Part shown: positions 60,804 to 64,000 of the stretch, in pieces
How the letters are laid out: every line of letters starts with the position of its first letter
Position numbering within the stretch: position 1 is the stretch's first letter
NCBI GenBank assembly: GCA_963664875.1
Contig: OY761611.1
Coordinates: 3,328,001-3,392,000, forward strand
Length of the DNA: 64,000 bases
Reading direction: 5' to 3'
Source: Candidatus Kapaibacterium sp.
GTDB lineage: Bacteria > Bacteroidota > Ignavibacteria > Kapaibacteriales > UBA2268
The notes under the pieces: generated by a model
Databases searched by the model: none
Told to the model about the DNA's origin: nothing
Seen by the model: the letters and a program-made list of their open reading frames with translations, nothing else
Position numbers and translations under genes: made by a program

Positions 60804-61988
60804 TTACTCCTTCGCCGGTATTGAGACCTCTACTTCTTCGTTTTTACGAACTATTTTTATCTTGTTGTGATCGAATACCGAGCTATCATTATTGATGATT
60901 TCATTTCCGTCGTAAAGCAAGGCAAATCCTTTATCCAAAGGTCGCATTGGGTGCAAAGAGCTACCGTGTGCTTCTAATCTTGTTAGCTTTTCTTTTAGAC
61001 TGCTGATGTGCGAGCTTATTTTGCGATTCATTCGCATTTCATAACTATCAAGACTTTGTTGATATATTTTGAGACGGTCGAGCATTCTGTTTGTAAAACG
61101 GGTGCCTGTAAGATCTTCAATTTGTTCGCTGAAAGTATTGATTTTTCTTCTGATTGAACGTTCTGATAACTCCTCTGCTTTATCAAGGAAACTGAATAAC
61201 TTATCTATTGTAATTGGAGTAGCCATCTCTGCAGCGGCAGTTGGGGTAGCAGCTCTGTGATCTGCCACAAAATCTGAAATTGTAAAGTCAGTTTCGTGAC
61301 CGACTCCGCTGATAATTGGCTTTTTAGAATTGTAAATTGCGTTGGCTACAATTTCTGTGTTGTAGCACCACAAATCTTCGAGCGAGCCGCCTCCGCGACC
61401 TATAATCAATACATCAGCGTCAGAGGCATTAAGTTCTTCTATTGCTTTTGCTATATCTTCTGCAGCACCATCACCCTGCACAAGGGTCGGTCTAAAAATA
61501 ATCTCTGCTGCAGGAAATCTTCTCTGAGTAGTGGATAGTATATCTCTTACTGCTGCACCTGTTGGCGAAGTAGAAACACCAATTTTCATAGGGAGTGCCG
61601 GTATTGCTTTTTTGTGTGCAATGTCGAAGTATCCTTGCGAACTTAATTTATCTTTCAGTGCTTCAAAAGCTAAGTATAAGTCCCCTTGTCCCAAGGGCTG
61701 CATGGAGCTGACATCCATCTGATAGCTTCCTCTTGGAGGATAAACAGTAACGCTACCGGAAACAATTACTTTCATGCCGTCTTTTGGAATAAAATTTAAG
61801 TTTCTTGATTTCCACATAGTGCAGGCTATTTGGGCGTTGCTGTCCTTTATGGAAAAATACCGGTGACCGGAGCTGTGTTCCTTGAAGTTTGATATTTCGC
61901 CTTCTACTCGGATAGAAGCAAATCCCTTTTCTAAGGTGTATTTTATTTGGTTAGTAAGCTGGCTTACTGTGATTATATTTATTTGCAT
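60804..61988 (-). CDS. xseA: Exodeoxyribonuclease VII large subunit
   Basis: VEGEISNF, SGHRYF, RGGGSLEDLW, GHETDFT, AATPTAAAE. Confidence 0.96.
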   Translation of the reverse strand: MQINIITVSQLTNQIKYTLEKGFASIRVEGEISNFKEHSSGHRYFSIKDSNAQIACTMWKSRNLNFIPKDGMKVIVSGSVTVYPPRGSYQMDVSSMQPLGQGDLYLAFEALKDKLSSQGYFDIAHKKAIPALPMKIGVSTSPTGAAVRDILSTTQRRFPAAEIIFRPTLVQGDGAAEDIAKAIEELNASDADVLIIGRGGGSLEDLWCYNTEIVANAIYNSKKPIISGVGHETDFTISDFVADHRAATPTAAAEMATPITIDKLFSFLDKAEELSERSIRRKINTFSEQIEDLTGTRFTNRMLDRLKIYQQSLDSYEMRMNRKISSHISSLKEKLTRLEAHGSSLHPMRPLDKGFALLYDGNEIINNDSSVFDHNKIKIVRKNEEVEVSIPAKE

Positions 61989-62227
61989 GATTTTGTCTTG
62001 TAGTTGGGAAATTATGAGGCAGCGTCCTTTACAAGTCTTTTAAAATGGACTTTATAATAGTTTTTAGACGACTTCAAGGCTAAAATAAACAATTTCTGCT
62101 CAAAGGCAAAGTTAGAAAATTTATGCTTAACAAAAATAGTGAGAAGGAGGAAGTGATGAAAAAATCGGTCTAAATAAACCTACCTAGCCCGTAATCTACT
62201 TTACGGACGACGTGGCTGCTCAGGGTT

Positions 62228-62360
62228 GCAGATAACGGACAGTATAAGAATAGTAGCCGACTGCGGGCTTTTTTTTGTCAAGATACACGAAAGCTGAGGC
62301 GGGCTACAACCGTTGAATTAACTACTATCACGGCTATTTGCTTTATACATTATTACCTGC
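62228..62360 (-). mobile_element. attC-like imperfect long hairpin closing the kinase cassette
   Basis: Minus strand GCAGGTAAT..GTATAAAGCAAATAGCCG....CGGCTACTATTCTTATAC..GTTATCTGC, starting ~10 bp after the kinase stop. Confidence 0.6.
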
Positions 62361-62370
62361 TGGGCTTTTT

Positions 62371-63384
62371 TCAATTTAGTGTTGTTTCTTTAATTGTTTT
62401 AAAAAATACTTCATCCACCTTATCATCGGGTAAATTTGAATAACAATACTCTGTTTTTCTAATTCCATTCTTTTTAAAATCAATTACCCAGCCTGTTCTT
62501 TTTCGGAATTTATTAATTGAATAATTATCCTTATTACTTAGACCTTTCCAATTATCATTGTCAACATAGAACCAATCAATGGCGAAGTTGAGTTTTTCAA
62601 TAGATTGTCGAAATTCAACACAGTTCTGAAACCTGTTTATCTTATTTTTATGGATAGACTTATTCAGTACCTTAATTACTTTCTCAGGAATATGCGGAAG
62701 AAATTGCCGAGGAGGAAATAAATCTTTTTTTACAGCCTTTCTCCATTCATCTTTATTCGAAAAAGTAAATGGTAAATTATTCGTGTTATTCAATAAGCGA
62801 TAAAAAGTAATACCCATAGCATAAATATCACTTAATTTATCCATTGGGTTGCCTTCGATAACTTCTAATGGTTGATGAGGCTTGTATCCCATAACATCGC
62901 TCGGTTCTGAATGATAATTTATAGCTAAACCAAAATCAGATAATTTAGCTTCACCATTATCCCCGAACATGATATTTCCAGGTTTTATGTCTCGGTGTAA
63001 AACATTGTTATTATGAGCATATTCAAGTCCTAGTAAGCTTTGTTGAATAATTTTGCATGATTCTTTAGCGGAAATGAACCTTTTTTCAATATGTTTCTGT
63101 ATCGAACCTTTTTCAAGAAATTCCATTACAATTAAAACAACTGGCTCTGTATTGAAAATTATTGCTCTGACATCTTTTACATCAACTATATGTTTGTGTC
63201 TGCACAAATCAAGTGTTCGACCTTCTCTTACTGCATTTACAAATTTATCGGGGTCTGGCACTTTAATTACTTTTACTGCAATTTCTTTTTGAAGAAATGG
63301 GTCAAAGCATAAATAAACATGTCCAAAGAAACCATTTCCTAAATGGCGAATAATTTGGAATTTATCGAGTTTAGTCCCTTTCAT
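62371..63384 (-). CDS. Soluble Hanks-type Ser/Thr protein kinase
   Basis: LGNGFFG, IAVK, HRDIKPGN, DFG, PLE (APE variant), DIYAMG; no TM; ~70-aa C-terminal extension. Confidence 0.93.
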   Translation of the reverse strand: MKGTKLDKFQIIRHLGNGFFGHVYLCFDPFLQKEIAVKVIKVPDPDKFVNAVREGRTLDLCRHKHIVDVKDVRAIIFNTEPVVLIVMEFLEKGSIQKHIEKRFISAKESCKIIQQSLLGLEYAHNNNVLHRDIKPGNIMFGDNGEAKLSDFGLAINYHSEPSDVMGYKPHQPLEVIEGNPMDKLSDIYAMGITFYRLLNNTNNLPFTFSNKDEWRKAVKKDLFPPRQFLPHIPEKVIKVLNKSIHKNKINRFQNCVEFRQSIEKLNFAIDWFYVDNDNWKGLSNKDNYSINKFRKRTGWVIDFKKNGIRKTEYCYSNLPDDKVDEVFFKTIKETTLN

Positions 63385-63839
63385 TACATTAAATTAAACC
63401 ATGCTACCAAAACAGCTTCTTTTGTCGGCTTATCCCAATAAGGAGGATGAGTGCCAATTATTCCATCAATATATGCGTAAACATCAGTCTTCTTAGTTTG
63501 TCCGAATTTGGTAGCATTTATCGCTTGTGGAGAATATGAGTTTATTTGAATATTTCTCTTTTTAGCAAGTAAATTTAAAATCGCCTGTGGATAACACGAA
63601 TTCCTAACTTGGTCAAGTGTTGATATTGTCAATGAAATTTTGTGACTTAACAAATCTGGACTATGCTTATCAATAATCAAGGAAAGTTGAGTTTCAAACC
63701 ATTCCATTAAATCAGCGGTATCCATGTTATTTGGATAAACGATTTTGTTTTTTTCGATAATGGTCGGTGGTTTGGTTTGGTTTCCTAAAACACAGTATCG
63801 AAAATCATTCTTTGTAAAATTAAATCCTATTGCTATCAT
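63384..63839 (-). CDS. Small RuvC/RNase H-fold-like protein, translationally coupled to the kinase
   Basis: Pattern MIAIGFN..YCVL, IIDKHSPDLL, INSYSP, KEAVLVA resembles RuvC topology; TAATG overlap with the kinase. Confidence 0.55.
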   Translation of the reverse strand: MIAIGFNFTKNDFRYCVLGNQTKPPTIIEKNKIVYPNNMDTADLMEWFETQLSLIIDKHSPDLLSHKISLTISTLDQVRNSCYPQAILNLLAKKRNIQINSYSPQAINATKFGQTKKTDVYAYIDGIIGTHPPYWDKPTKEAVLVAWFNLM

Positions 63840-64000
63840 AGTTTCTCTGTCTTTTTAGCCTGACCGCAAACTCATTTATCTACATACTCTCAATAAATGA
63901 TAAGCTAAAATAAGAAATTCTTGAAATAAAAAAAAATAATCATTGGATACATTCTTATAAACAACAATAAAATAGAGAATTGTGTATGAACCACGAACAA

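Overview
AT-rich window from a Bacteroidota/Chlorobi-group bacterium (Ignavibacteria/Kapabacteria-like, inferred from TTTG-N19-TAnnTTTG promoters, a T9SS-type C-terminal domain, DUF2723, DUF6029/Omp28 and many lipoproteins). Housekeeping genes include tldD/pmbA, a TonB receptor, MFS, M29 peptidase, mscS, tRNA-Ser(GCT), rarA, a CDF transporter, bcp, fprA, purN, xseA and two histidine kinases. Many small accessory modules are interspersed: a type IIG R-M gene (partial), a Vsr/C5-MTase/HpaII-family R-M locus at tRNA-Ser, a fibre-like gene cluster with an IPTL-CTERM protein, orphan Rhs toxin-immunity cassettes, a 4-copy tandem lipoprotein array and non-autonomous TIR elements carrying REP-like hairpins. 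No integrase or transposase is visible. Yet several cassettes have sharp DNA boundaries: a 46-bp dyad direct repeat around an AAA/DUF4143 gene, a 44-bp repeat around a two-gene unit, a 16-bp repeat upstream of rarA, and an attC-like hairpin after a RuvC-like + Ser/Thr kinase pair. The best candidates for an undescribed system are the kinase/RuvC-like cassette, the dyad-flanked DUF4143 unit and the REP-like insert in the Rhs cores. Family assignments come from motif recognition, not database searches.
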